64,000 bases of DNA from a virus (taxonomy: Duplodnaviria > Heunggongvirae > Uroviricota > Caudoviricetes): IMG/VR virus record IMGVR_UViG_3300034105_001678, positions 5,543 through 69,542 of that record. One strand, written 5' to 3'. Numbering within the stretch: the stretch's first letter is position 1; the number at the start of each line of letters is the position of its first letter. A program made the position numbers and the translations under genes. Of the stretch, positions 16,352-24,847 are shown in pieces. A model generated the notes under the pieces. That model did no database searches. It was given only the letters and a program-made list of their open reading frames with translations, and had not been told where the DNA came from.

Positions 16352-17178
16352 ATATTAGTTTCATAATGTTTCTTAGATGGATATAGTTCTAAAAATTTTT
16401 GTGTTGTGATTAATTCGTTTCTTTTTGATTTGTGATGAAAAACTCTATAATGATTCACCACACCATCAACCTCAATAAAAAAGTTTAATGGAGTTTCATT
16501 TTCAACTAAACACCCATAACAATGAATTTCGTTATTAGAATTGTGTTGAATTCTTATGTGGTGGTGCCAATCTTCAACCTCTAATTTGTCTTTTTTGTTA
16601 TGTGGATTCAACATTTTATTATTATATATCATATACCCATCAACAGTAAACCATCTTTTTGGTTTTGTCTTTGTTGGTTTTTGATTCAAACTTATTGGGT
16701 TAAATTCTTTCAAATATCTACTCAAAATGTACATATCAAATATACCACCATTTCTACTTCTAAATTTTTCCAAATAATCATAATCATTTTCTGAGAATAA
16801 TTCGTGTTCACTTAATCCATATTTCGTTATCATATGTTTTTTTAATGGTGAATCAATAAACTGATAAAATTTCCCATCCCATTCTATACCTTGCTGTCTT
16901 GTTTTTAAGTCCCACTTAAAGTGTTTCATATTATTACTAAGGGTATAATCATAATCCACAGGTATAAGATAAGGTGAAAATCTGTATCCCCAATGGTACC
17001 CATCTCCTTTCCAAGTCCTATATGCAATGTACATCGAATTAGGGGTGTTTAAATATTTAATCGGTAGAAAATCAATAAATTCTGCCAATTTTTTTTCGTC
17101 AGCAAGTAGAGTTTTAGGAATTAATAATGCACCTAACCCCGCAAACAATGATGTTTTTAAAAATGACCTCCTATCCAT
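16348..17178 (-). CDS. exported protein with twin-arginine (Tat) signal peptide
   Basis: MDRRSFLKTSLFAGLGALLIP is a textbook Tat motif (RRxFLK) plus an h-region. The mature part is His/Tyr/Trp-rich and of unknown function. Confidence 0.5.
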   Translation of the reverse strand: MDRRSFLKTSLFAGLGALLIPKTLLADEKKLAEFIDFLPIKYLNTPNSMYIAYRTWKGDGYHWGYRFSPYLIPVDYDYTLSNNMKHFKWDLKTRQQGIEWDGKFYQFIDSPLKKHMITKYGLSEHELFSENDYDYLEKFRSRNGGIFDMYILSRYLKEFNPISLNQKPTKTKPKRWFTVDGYMIYNNKMLNPHNKKDKLEVEDWHHHIRIQHNSNNEIHCYGCLVENETPLNFFIEVDGVVNHYRVFHHKSKRNELITTQKFLELYPSKKHYETNI

Positions 17179-17566
17179 TTAATGAAGATTTTACTGACTT
17201 CCAAAAATTTAAAACTATGTCATATTGAGTTTGTTGATTTTCAGGGTCAGTTATGTAATTTTCAAATATCTTTATCTTATTCTCAATTATACTTACATCA
17301 CCCTGCAAATATGTTCCAACTTGCATCATTGGTAAGTTATCCCCATTGATAACATATTCTTCGTGAAACATTTCAATAAGAATCATTAGTTTTTTTCTGG
17401 CAGAATTAAAATCCCCACCTAAATCAAACTTCTCAATTCTTTTTCTAAATTTACTTTTAGGATTAATAACCTTACCACCAATATATTCAGTAGTTCTTTT
17501 CGATGCAGTGTTACCTATTCCTCTAAATAAACCCCATACAAACGCGTTACCCATTTTGTTAGCCAT
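17171..17566 (-). CDS. hypothetical protein
   Basis: The ATG at 17566 (MANKMGN) lies downstream of the minus-strand promoter at 17588-17618. Confidence 0.4.
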   Translation of the reverse strand: MANKMGNAFVWGLFRGIGNTASKRTTEYIGGKVINPKSKFRKRIEKFDLGGDFNSARKKLMILIEMFHEEYVINGDNLPMMQVGTYLQGDVSIIENKIKIFENYITDPENQQTQYDIVLNFWKSVKSSLNG

Positions 17567-17587
17567 AATATTCTTATTTTTATAGTA

Positions 17588-17618
17588 CAAAGATATGGAT
17601 TATTTGGAATATCACAAA
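17588..17618 (-). promoter_or_regulatory. Minus-strand promoter (TTTG - 19 nt - TATCTTTG)
   Basis: The reverse complement reads TTTGtgatattccaaataatccaTATCTTTG. Confidence 0.6.
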
Positions 17619-17631
17619 ATATTTTATAATA

Positions 17632-17670
17632 TTTTTAAAAATAAATAAACCCATTGAAAACCAATGGGTT
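17632..17670 (-). terminator. rho-independent terminator
   Basis: On the minus strand, hairpin aacccattgg-tttt-caatgggtt then a T-rich run. Confidence 0.65.
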
Positions 17671-17719
17671 ATGATACCAACTTCCGACTTTGGCGGTGTT
17701 TTACTTCCGAGTTTGTCAT

Positions 17720-18088
17720 TTAAATTGTTTCATTGTCTCTTATTACTCCTCTGAATATTAGTGGTCTATCCTTTGGCATATCATCAAAATTATCTTCGTT
17801 GTAATGTATCATATCACTTATGTTTGTGTTGTCCACAAATTCATATACAAATATAATCTTATCTCTACTCATTTCCATAAAATGATTGTATGAATTAATA
17901 TATCTATTTGTAACTGTCACCGTCATTGTCTTTAATTCCTCGGTATAAAAATTTCCATCCCATCTATTTTCCATATAGAATATTACACCCACAGGTCTAT
18001 ACATCCATTGTAATTGGCCAAGGTAATCACTCCTCAAATACCATTTTCTCTTTATATTCTTTTGGAAGAACTTGAATGGTCTAATCAT
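17720..18088 (-). CDS. MIKPFKFF-family protein 1 (MIRPFKFFQKN...)
   Basis: Shared N-terminal decapeptide. The body is unrelated to other family members. Confidence 0.55.
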   Translation of the reverse strand: MIRPFKFFQKNIKRKWYLRSDYLGQLQWMYRPVGVIFYMENRWDGNFYTEELKTMTVTVTNRYINSYNHFMEMSRDKIIFVYEFVDNTNISDMIHYNEDNFDDMPKDRPLIFRGVIRDNETI

Positions 18089-18524
18089 TTCTAAATGTTA
18101 AAGTTGTGTCAGCATTGGTATGGAATACTTCTCCTACCATATCTTCATTCCATTTACATTGTTCATAAATAATATGATTAATCTCCGCTTCAACATCAAT
18201 ACTCATCCAAGCACCCGCTGCAAGTTCTTGTATATATCTTCTTATTGTTACACTATTTGTATGAACCGCAACCTCATCAATCTTCCTTCTAATATCATAA
18301 TCACTATAAGAATTATATTTGTCTCTATATAATTTAGTCATAATGATAATCAACATATTTTTAACTCTATCATTATCCATTAAATTATTATCCTGAATAT
18401 ATTTGTATGTGATGTCTAATACACCAATCAATAATGGAACATTTGTTGCATCATCTAACAAACCGGTTAGTTGCCAATTTATTTTTGTTTCGTTTGATCT
18501 AAAAAATTTGAAATCCTTTATCAT
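18081..18524 (-). CDS. MIKPFKFF-family protein 2 (MIKDFKFFRSN...)
   Basis: Shared N-terminal motif. Overlaps its neighbour by 8 nt. Confidence 0.55.
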   Translation of the reverse strand: MIKDFKFFRSNETKINWQLTGLLDDATNVPLLIGVLDITYKYIQDNNLMDNDRVKNMLIIIMTKLYRDKYNSYSDYDIRRKIDEVAVHTNSVTIRRYIQELAAGAWMSIDVEAEINHIIYEQCKWNEDMVGEVFHTNADTTLTFRND

Positions 18525-18751
18525 TATACATTATTATTTCGTTCATACATCGTAACTCCCTCTCTCCATAATTCATACTCATATTCTTCCACAAGTGGAT
18601 TGTATGGTGACTCTAACGAACGACTATTACGGTAACAATCAAATGCATCATAATATCCTTTTGTGTATATGTTTCTATCCTCAGGACTTAAACCACTATA
18701 TCTATTGGGTATAGGAACTTGTTTCTTTGCGAGGAACTTAAATGTTTTCAT
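18524..18751 (-). CDS. MIKPFKFF-family protein 3 (MKTFKFLAKK...)
   Basis: Shared N-terminal motif. Confidence 0.5.
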   Translation of the reverse strand: MKTFKFLAKKQVPIPNRYSGLSPEDRNIYTKGYYDAFDCYRNSRSLESPYNPLVEEYEYELWREGVTMYERNNNV

Positions 18752-18930
18752 TATTTTTTTATTTTAAAGAAATTAACTATTCTATCTGTGAAAGGTAGTT
18801 TATTCTTCTTTAACATCTCTTGATATTCCACCACTTCAATCGCCTCACTCATTAAGATTGGGGTTCCTCTTCTTACCTTATCAGACAATTCTTCAAGACG
18901 TTTGTCTGTGAGTGTTTTTCTAAATTTCAT
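18751..18930 (-). CDS. hypothetical small protein (MKFRKTLTD...)
   Basis: Track ORF 18751..19014 trimmed to the ATG at 18930. This avoids an 83-nt overlap with the upstream gene. Confidence 0.35.
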   Translation of the reverse strand: MKFRKTLTDKRLEELSDKVRRGTPILMSEAIEVVEYQEMLKKNKLPFTDRIVNFFKIKK

Positions 18931-18931
18931 A

Positions 18932-19162
18932 TTATTTAATTTTGTTTTCAATATTTTTATTATGGAGTTCAACAAAATACTCTGCAATATGTTTATGTAA
19001 CTCCCCAGACCCAACTATCCAATATTCATCTTGACCCCCGTCATCAAAAAGTATGGGTTCAATAGGTTTAATCGTTCTACACCAACATTTTTCTCCTTGA
19101 TTACAAGTTCCTATTTGCCATTTTACGGTTAAAGATTTTTCTTCCGCTTCTTCAAATTTCAT
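18932..19162 (-). CDS. hypothetical Cys-containing small protein
   Basis: Contains C..C..CWC. Could bind metal. Confidence 0.4.
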   Translation of the reverse strand: MKFEEAEEKSLTVKWQIGTCNQGEKCWCRTIKPIEPILFDDGGQDEYWIVGSGELHKHIAEYFVELHNKNIENKIK

Positions 19163-19172
19163 ATTATTTGTT

Positions 19173-19688
19173 TTATATTATATCAGGAAAATTATACATA
19201 TAGTGGTCTGGATAAATTGTTTGTCCTTCCACTGTGTTCCCTTCTTCAATACTTCTAAACAACATAACTTTATATGGCTGCGGCAAAATAGAATCGTATC
19301 TTTCTTCGGACACATCAAAGAATACAAATTCATCTGTGTTATAGAATTCAGGATATGTTTCATCTATTGGTGGGTTAGGATTTACATTACGATAATTCAT
19401 TTCTACTCTATCACTCCACCTCAGAAACCCTCTATTCCACAACTCACACCATTCAGCAGCCATACGATCATCGACAATACCTTCATATGGATTGATGGTG
19501 ATATTATTACGTCCAGCTTCCCACCCCTCAATGTATGTTTCAATACGTATTAAGGTTCCACCTCTCAAATCCTGTGGTAACATATTCCAATGACGATTCG
19601 ATATTCCATATGGTGGATCTATTCGTACTGGTAATGTATACTCATCACTATATGTGTATCCGTTAAGTAGTTTAAATGGTTTTATCAT
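19173..19688 (-). CDS. MIKPFKFF-family protein 4 (MIKPFKLLNGY...)
   Basis: Shared N-terminal motif. Confidence 0.55.
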   Translation of the reverse strand: MIKPFKLLNGYTYSDEYTLPVRIDPPYGISNRHWNMLPQDLRGGTLIRIETYIEGWEAGRNNITINPYEGIVDDRMAAEWCELWNRGFLRWSDRVEMNYRNVNPNPPIDETYPEFYNTDEFVFFDVSEERYDSILPQPYKVMLFRSIEEGNTVEGQTIYPDHYMYNFPDII

Positions 19689-20023
19689 ACGTATCTTATT
19701 GTTGATGTTCCATCTAAATATTCATTTAAAAAATCTTCCATAAATCCAATTACCTGTTCATTACATATATAATTTCTATATCTATATTTTAATTCATCTA
19801 TCATTGCTCTAACGGATAATTCATCCATATCACCATCGTAAATTAATTCTAATTGTGTATTTTGAGCTCCTACATAAAAACCAAGATGTTGTGTAGGACC
19901 AGAAAAAAAATATGTTGGTGGTTCGTTTGAAGTTATTACCTCAACAGGTACACCTCCAACCAATAGGTCGTAGTGATATAATCTTTTTGGTCTCCCCTCA
20001 AAAAATTTAAATTGGTTTACCAT
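19685..20023 (-). CDS. MIKPFKFF-family protein 5 (MVNQFKFFEGRP...)
   Basis: Shared N-terminal motif. Confidence 0.5.
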   Translation of the reverse strand: MVNQFKFFEGRPKRLYHYDLLVGGVPVEVITSNEPPTYFFSGPTQHLGFYVGAQNTQLELIYDGDMDELSVRAMIDELKYRYRNYICNEQVIGFMEDFLNEYLDGTSTIRYV

Positions 20024-20270
20024 CTTCTTCCCACTCTTTAATGTTTCTTAATATTGTTTCCGTTAGTTCTTTTGTTTTATCATCCAATAGTTTCATCATC
20101 TCAATATCTTTTGGGTTTGTTTCATCCCACGCAGCTTCTTCTCTCGCACCTGATTCGTGAATAACATTATTAATCATAAACCAACAGGACATTTTAATTC
20201 TTGTTTCCAACGATGTTTCTTTTAACAATTCACTTATAGTGTTTGATAAAATCTTTCTTGCCTTTGCCAT
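20007..20270 (-). CDS. hypothetical acidic protein
   Basis: ORF. Confidence 0.4.
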   Translation of the reverse strand: MAKARKILSNTISELLKETSLETRIKMSCWFMINNVIHESGAREEAAWDETNPKDIEMMKLLDDKTKELTETILRNIKEWEEDGKPI

Positions 20271-20271
20271 A

Positions 20272-20709
20272 TTATCCTCTTCTTTGTAAATTAATTAATG
20301 GGACACTTACTCTATAATTTTCAGTATTCCCGTCTCTTGTAATTAAATAAACTATGTGAAACATTCCACCAATATTAATTCCACTTACAATCTTTAATAT
20401 TATTACCTCACCATTTCTTTCTTCTATAGAAGTTTCATATCCTCTCCAATTTATATTTCGTCTCATTTTAGTTCTTACACGACTGATAACAAATCCATCA
20501 TAAAAAGTTTGTGGTATTGGAACTTGTACATAACCTGCTGGTATATATTCTGGACTTCTCATTATTTGTTGAACTCTATCTGATAACTCACTCAATCTCA
20601 CTCCACCATACAAGTCGGGATTAATTGTTCTATCATAATATCCACCTCGTGGTGTTGATACAACTATGGCACTATTTGTCCCCCGTAAAAATTTAAATGG
20701 TTTTATCAT
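20272..20709 (-). CDS. MIKPFKFF-family protein 6 (MIKPFKFLRGTN...)
   Basis: Shared N-terminal motif. Confidence 0.55.
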   Translation of the reverse strand: MIKPFKFLRGTNSAIVVSTPRGGYYDRTINPDLYGGVRLSELSDRVQQIMRSPEYIPAGYVQVPIPQTFYDGFVISRVRTKMRRNINWRGYETSIEERNGEVIILKIVSGINIGGMFHIVYLITRDGNTENYRVSVPLINLQRRG

Positions 20710-20909
20710 CTTCTTTTAAATTTAACTTGATGTAATAACATCATTGGTACGAATACCCAAGCAACTAAAGCCGCGGGAACGGTCTTAGCAATCACTTCGA
20801 GTAAAGTGAATTCATCTTTGTCTTCATATCTTCTCTCCGATGGATGTTTGATCATCCAATATACACCATATATTGTTGTTAGTATCCAATAGATTAATAA
20901 TATTACCAT
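20706..20909 (-). CDS. small membrane protein (2 TM)
   Basis: Hydrophobic segments with a basic C-terminus. Confidence 0.4.
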   Translation of the reverse strand: MVILLIYWILTTIYGVYWMIKHPSERRYEDKDEFTLLEVIAKTVPAALVAWVFVPMMLLHQVKFKRR

Positions 20910-20921
20910 ACGTTTAAAGTT

Positions 20922-21218
20922 TTATTCTACCATATAATATCTCGACCGTTTATATTCTTTTCTATTCTGATATGAGTCCTTCCAGTTCTGAATAATTTGT
21001 TCCGCTTGATATTTTTGTTGAAATGGATATGATCCCGATTCCCATACTTTGAAAGGTAATGGAAAATAGTTAGTATTATACCACACTTTTTGTTGTGGTA
21101 AATAATACGTTGTACCTTCGTAAGTCCACGTTTGGATACGATACTTTGGTTTTCCTTCTAGTGTTGTTACTCCCAACAACATTAGTACTATAATAAGTCT
21201 TTTCATTATTAGATACAA
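20922..21218 (-). CDS. small secreted protein (signal peptide)
   Basis: N-terminal MKRLIIVLMLLGVTTLEG. Confidence 0.4.
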   Translation of the reverse strand: MYLIMKRLIIVLMLLGVTTLEGKPKYRIQTWTYEGTTYYLPQQKVWYNTNYFPLPFKVWESGSYPFQQKYQAEQIIQNWKDSYQNRKEYKRSRYYMVE

Positions 21219-21250
21219 TATAAATAATATTTCTTATAATATAAAATTAT

Positions 21251-21820
21251 TTACCATATACTTAAAATTTTAGATAGAATGAGAATTACAACAAATGTTA
21301 TGATGGTTGCAATAACAGTTATAGGTAGCGCTTGGTCACTATACAATGATAACTTTTGAAAGAACATCTTAACCCTCGTCCACCACTTCGGATTAACAGT
21401 TGTTACTCTTGTTGCTTGGAACAATCTAATTTGATTTCTTAGTCTTTCACTTTCGGCCAACATATCTCTGTTCAAATTATATTGTTCTTGTGTGATGGTA
21501 CCGTTAAGTATTTGTGTACGATTGTTATCTTCAGTTACTATATCTCGTCTAATGAGCGCTCTTTCTAATGTAAACCTTTCGATTTCATCGGTAGCATTGT
21601 GAAATCTATCATATAATTCACGGTCGGTATGGTATAATCTTCTTCTACCCATATAACCTTCAGGTGTATCGGCGTTGATATATGTTCTTGGATGATGGTA
21701 ATTGATTACCTCTTGAACAAATCTTTGACCGTCATTTAATGATGCGGTTGCTCTAGTCTCTCCTTCATAGAGATCTAATGTTCCCTTAACTTCCTTCTGG
21801 AAAAATTTGAATGGTTTCAT
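21251..21820 (-). CDS. MIKPFKFF-family protein 7 (MKPFKFFQKEVKG...) with C-terminal TM
   Basis: Shared N-terminal motif. C-terminal hydrophobic helix. Confidence 0.55.
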   Translation of the reverse strand: MKPFKFFQKEVKGTLDLYEGETRATASLNDGQRFVQEVINYHHPRTYINADTPEGYMGRRRLYHTDRELYDRFHNATDEIERFTLERALIRRDIVTEDNNRTQILNGTITQEQYNLNRDMLAESERLRNQIRLFQATRVTTVNPKWWTRVKMFFQKLSLYSDQALPITVIATIITFVVILILSKILSIW

Positions 21821-21829
21821 ATTATTTTT

Positions 21830-21964
21830 TTATTCGTCGTCACCTCCGTTTTCATAACATCTCTCACACATACCATTAATTGACATTCCACTACCAATTG
21901 AACCGCAGTCTCTTCCACATATTTTGCAGAAACCCGCCCTAAAAAAATTGATTACCTTTTTCAT
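21830..21964 (-). CDS. 44-aa zinc-ribbon protein (not in the ORF track)
   Basis: MKKVINFFRAGFCKICGRDCGS...CERCYENGGDDE has two CxxC pairs. Confidence 0.4.
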   Translation of the reverse strand: MKKVINFFRAGFCKICGRDCGSIGSGMSINGMCERCYENGGDDE

Positions 21965-22102
21965 ATTATTTTTTATATTTTCTTAATTTACATTTTTCAT
22001 CCCATATCAAATATCTTATTTGTAAACTCTTAAAGAAACCTTTGGTTTCAGTTAATAAAGTTTGATAATAAATGATTTTCTTTTGGATTAGTCTTTTTGC
22101 CA

Positions 22103-22324
22103 TTATCTTCGGTTTAGTTGTCTACCCGCAGCAGACGGTGTGGTTAAGTAATAATCATAGTGCATCACACAATGTCTTTGATTTTCTTGAATAACATAAT
22201 TGAAATGATTATACTTCATTTCTGTTACGGTACAATAATAACCACGGAAAATAAATGTTGAACCAACTTGTAGTTGACATCTATTTTTATATGGGTTTCG
22301 TTGAAAAAATTTAAATGGTTGCAT
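22103..22324 (-). CDS. MIKPFKFF-family protein 8 (MQPFKFFQRNPYK...)
   Basis: Shared N-terminal motif. Confidence 0.5.
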   Translation of the reverse strand: MQPFKFFQRNPYKNRCQLQVGSTFIFRGYYCTVTEMKYNHFNYVIQENQRHCVMHYDYYLTTPSAAGRQLNRR

Positions 22325-22469
22325 TATGGTGTGATATAAAAAAATAATGAATCGAACTTTGAATGTGCGAGAAAGTAACTACCATCTTTACATTGATACA
22401 GGTTAACTGGTCTACCGTTTACTCTATCAGTGAAACGATACCCAATATAGGATGCGAATAATCTTTTAA

Positions 22470-22805
22470 TCATAATACTTCAGTTAATATTCTCCAGTCT
22501 TTTAATATGTTACCATCGAAGGTAACCTCAACAGGGATACCTTTTAATTTATCAACACTGTTTACTTTTGCCTCTTTCAATAATTTGGATACAAATCTCA
22601 TTGTATCATCAAATCCTTTGGTTCTATCTTCTTCAGTCCATTCGGTATATTCACTACGTTTAATCATTTCTGGGTCCCAAGCACCTTTGAAATCACCAAC
22701 GCCCCAACTACCATTACCAAGTGTAACCGATAGACCAATACAAGCGTCTTGATAACCTCCGTGTCCGAATCTAACTGATTCGATTTTTCCTAATTTCTTT
22801 TCCAT
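22470..22805 (-). CDS. hypothetical protein
   Basis: ORF. Confidence 0.45.
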   Translation of the reverse strand: MEKKLGKIESVRFGHGGYQDACIGLSVTLGNGSWGVGDFKGAWDPEMIKRSEYTEWTEEDRTKGFDDTMRFVSKLLKEAKVNSVDKLKGIPVEVTFDGNILKDWRILTEVL

Positions 22806-22807
22806 AT

Positions 22808-23455
22808 TTAAATTAAACTATTTGGGTAATATAATAATGTTGGGTTCTTCTTTTGAATATCAATGTCTGGATACTCTTCTTTGAATTTCATAACGTCAAA
22901 TCTTTTAGTAATAAGATGATGACCATTCTTAGTTGGGATGATTGCTTCAACCTTTGGCCCAACACTATATCCCGTTGGTATTCCTACTTTATCAAACTCA
23001 ACTTCAGTGATTGGTTTACAATTATATTCGATATGTGCAACCATCAATGGTGATGGTGATGTCATTCCGTCAACATCAATAATCCATCTCTTCTCACTCG
23101 TTTTAATTTGACCCACAACTGAATCGAATAAACCTTTTTGATTGTGTTGTCCATTTTGAATGCGTTGAGCTAATAACACCATCATATTCAGCGACACATC
23201 AAAATGATTTTGTTTCTGAACGTGAATGTATGCTCTTGCTTTAAACATCTCACATAGTTGTATAATCTCATCATACCTACGTTCCAGGTGTTCAATACTT
23301 TCAACACAATATGTTTTAATTGTTCTAACTGACTGGTGATTATCTTTCTCACCTTCAGGTTGATCCTTCTTACGTTTGAATACGTACAGCATATAAAAAT
23401 CTCCAGCGTTGGAGAAATTTAATAGGGGTTTAATAAGTTCAATATTGTTTATCAT
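22808..23455 (-). CDS. hypothetical protein
   Basis: ORF. Confidence 0.45.
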   Translation of the reverse strand: MINNIELIKPLLNFSNAGDFYMLYVFKRKKDQPEGEKDNHQSVRTIKTYCVESIEHLERRYDEIIQLCEMFKARAYIHVQKQNHFDVSLNMMVLLAQRIQNGQHNQKGLFDSVVGQIKTSEKRWIIDVDGMTSPSPLMVAHIEYNCKPITEVEFDKVGIPTGYSVGPKVEAIIPTKNGHHLITKRFDVMKFKEEYPDIDIQKKNPTLLYYPNSLI

Positions 23456-23757
23456 ATCAGTGGTTCGTCATCAATTTTATAAATTTGATATTGGTCCGAT
23501 TCTTTTTCATCTGCTCTACTTTTTATAAATTCTAAGGTGTCCTTAGCATTTTTCATATCTCCATAGAAAACGGTGGTATGAAAGGTGTAACAACATAATT
23601 GAGTCTCTTCTTTAGACCACCTTCTAGCTATAACGTAATTGAATTGTTCCATTTTTTTCTTTAATTCATTTTCTAGTTCCGATACTCTCCTCTCTAGTTG
23701 AGCAACTCTTGAGACTATATTATATTTTGAATCTAATTTAAGGTCTCTATCACTCAT
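23452..23757 (-). CDS. hypothetical coiled-coil protein
   Basis: ORF. Confidence 0.4.
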   Translation of the reverse strand: MSDRDLKLDSKYNIVSRVAQLERRVSELENELKKKMEQFNYVIARRWSKEETQLCCYTFHTTVFYGDMKNAKDTLEFIKSRADEKESDQYQIYKIDDEPLI

Positions 23758-23762
23758 TCGTT

Positions 23763-24005
23763 TTAATATTTATTCTTATCTGATTTACCTAAATGTGCTC
23801 GACCTTTAATTGTTCCAGTAAAGTTGTCCTCTTCAATATTTCTATCGACAATCAATGAAGTACTGTTAAGACTTACCATTTCTTGAAGTGTCTTCTTTGC
23901 AATTGAGCCAGCGTACTTTCTTTTGTTTTTGGTGTTGTCAGCACCTAACAACGGTGCCTCAAATTCAACCTCTACTTCCAAACTAATTGTATATTTGAAT
24001 AACAT
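23763..24005 (-). CDS. hypothetical protein
   Basis: ORF. Confidence 0.4.
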   Translation of the reverse strand: MLFKYTISLEVEVEFEAPLLGADNTKNKRKYAGSIAKKTLQEMVSLNSTSLIVDRNIEEDNFTGTIKGRAHLGKSDKNKY

Positions 24006-24009
24006 ATGT

Positions 24010-24429
24010 TTAATTTATTAGAGTCACTTCAACTCCTTTTAATTTAATTGGTTTCTCTGTCAATCCAACAAGAATATCTATTCGTTTCTTATGTCTCTTG
24101 TTCATTACATCTTTAACAGTATAAACACCATTATACTTTCCCGCCTTTCTAATCCTAACCTTCTGATTGAATCTCCATTTACGTTTTAAATCTCTAGAAA
24201 CAGCAATGATTTTGTGTTTCTTCGGATTATCAAGATCAATTTTAAAACCAGATGCGGTGATGTTTGGAGTTGAATCGGTCTCACCTTCAATAGGACTGTA
24301 CGTTGTTAAAGTGACAACCTCAACATCAATCTTTTTAACGATTGAGGTTACATATTTAAAATCTCCACTCAATTCACTATCTCCAACTACCTTAGGAAAA
24401 AACGCTAATATTAATAGTATATTTTTCAT
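24010..24429 (-). CDS. secreted 3D-domain (MltA-like) protein, putative cell-wall binding/lytic
   Basis: Signal peptide. TLTTYSP..TASG...IAVSRD...RIDIL resembles 3D domain motifs. Leaderless-type promoter at 24434-24465. Confidence 0.45.
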   Translation of the reverse strand: MKNILLILAFFPKVVGDSELSGDFKYVTSIVKKIDVEVVTLTTYSPIEGETDSTPNITASGFKIDLDNPKKHKIIAVSRDLKRKWRFNQKVRIRKAGKYNGVYTVKDVMNKRHKKRIDILVGLTEKPIKLKGVEVTLIN

Positions 24430-24433
24430 AGTA

Positions 24434-24465
24434 TAAAGGTAATGTATATTTTAGGATATACCAAA
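24434..24465 (-). promoter_or_regulatory. Minus-strand promoter with the -7 box 4 nt from the ATG (leaderless class)
   Basis: The reverse complement reads TTTGgtatatcctaaaatatacatTACCTTTA-TACT-ATG. Confidence 0.5.
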
Positions 24466-24470
24466 ATATT

Positions 24471-24665
24471 TTAAGAATTCTTTGTCAAACCCTCATAAAT
24501 ACCTTGAGAGGTTGACGCCGCGAGTATCAGATATACCACTTTAGTAACCCAATGCCACGTGAATAAATCAGGTTCGTTTGATATGAACCAAAATACCACA
24601 TACCATATTCCAGACCCAAAACCAATGGATAATATTAATACTATTATATCTTTTATTAGTTTCAT
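24471..24665 (-). CDS. small membrane protein
   Basis: 2 TM helices. Confidence 0.4.
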   Translation of the reverse strand: MKLIKDIIVLILSIGFGSGIWYVVFWFISNEPDLFTWHWVTKVVYLILAASTSQGIYEGLTKNS

Positions 24666-24847
24666 AATTAACCGACGTAAAATTCTTCTATTAAGTTATC
24701 ACCTTTAAATTCTTTTCTAACTAAGTAACATTCTGTTTCAGATGACTTTAGGTTCTTTAATTTTTTTTCCGCATCATTAAGTGATTCACATTCAACAACT
24801 TCTTCACCCAAAACGATTTCGTATTTTAATGTAATTTTCATATTTTT

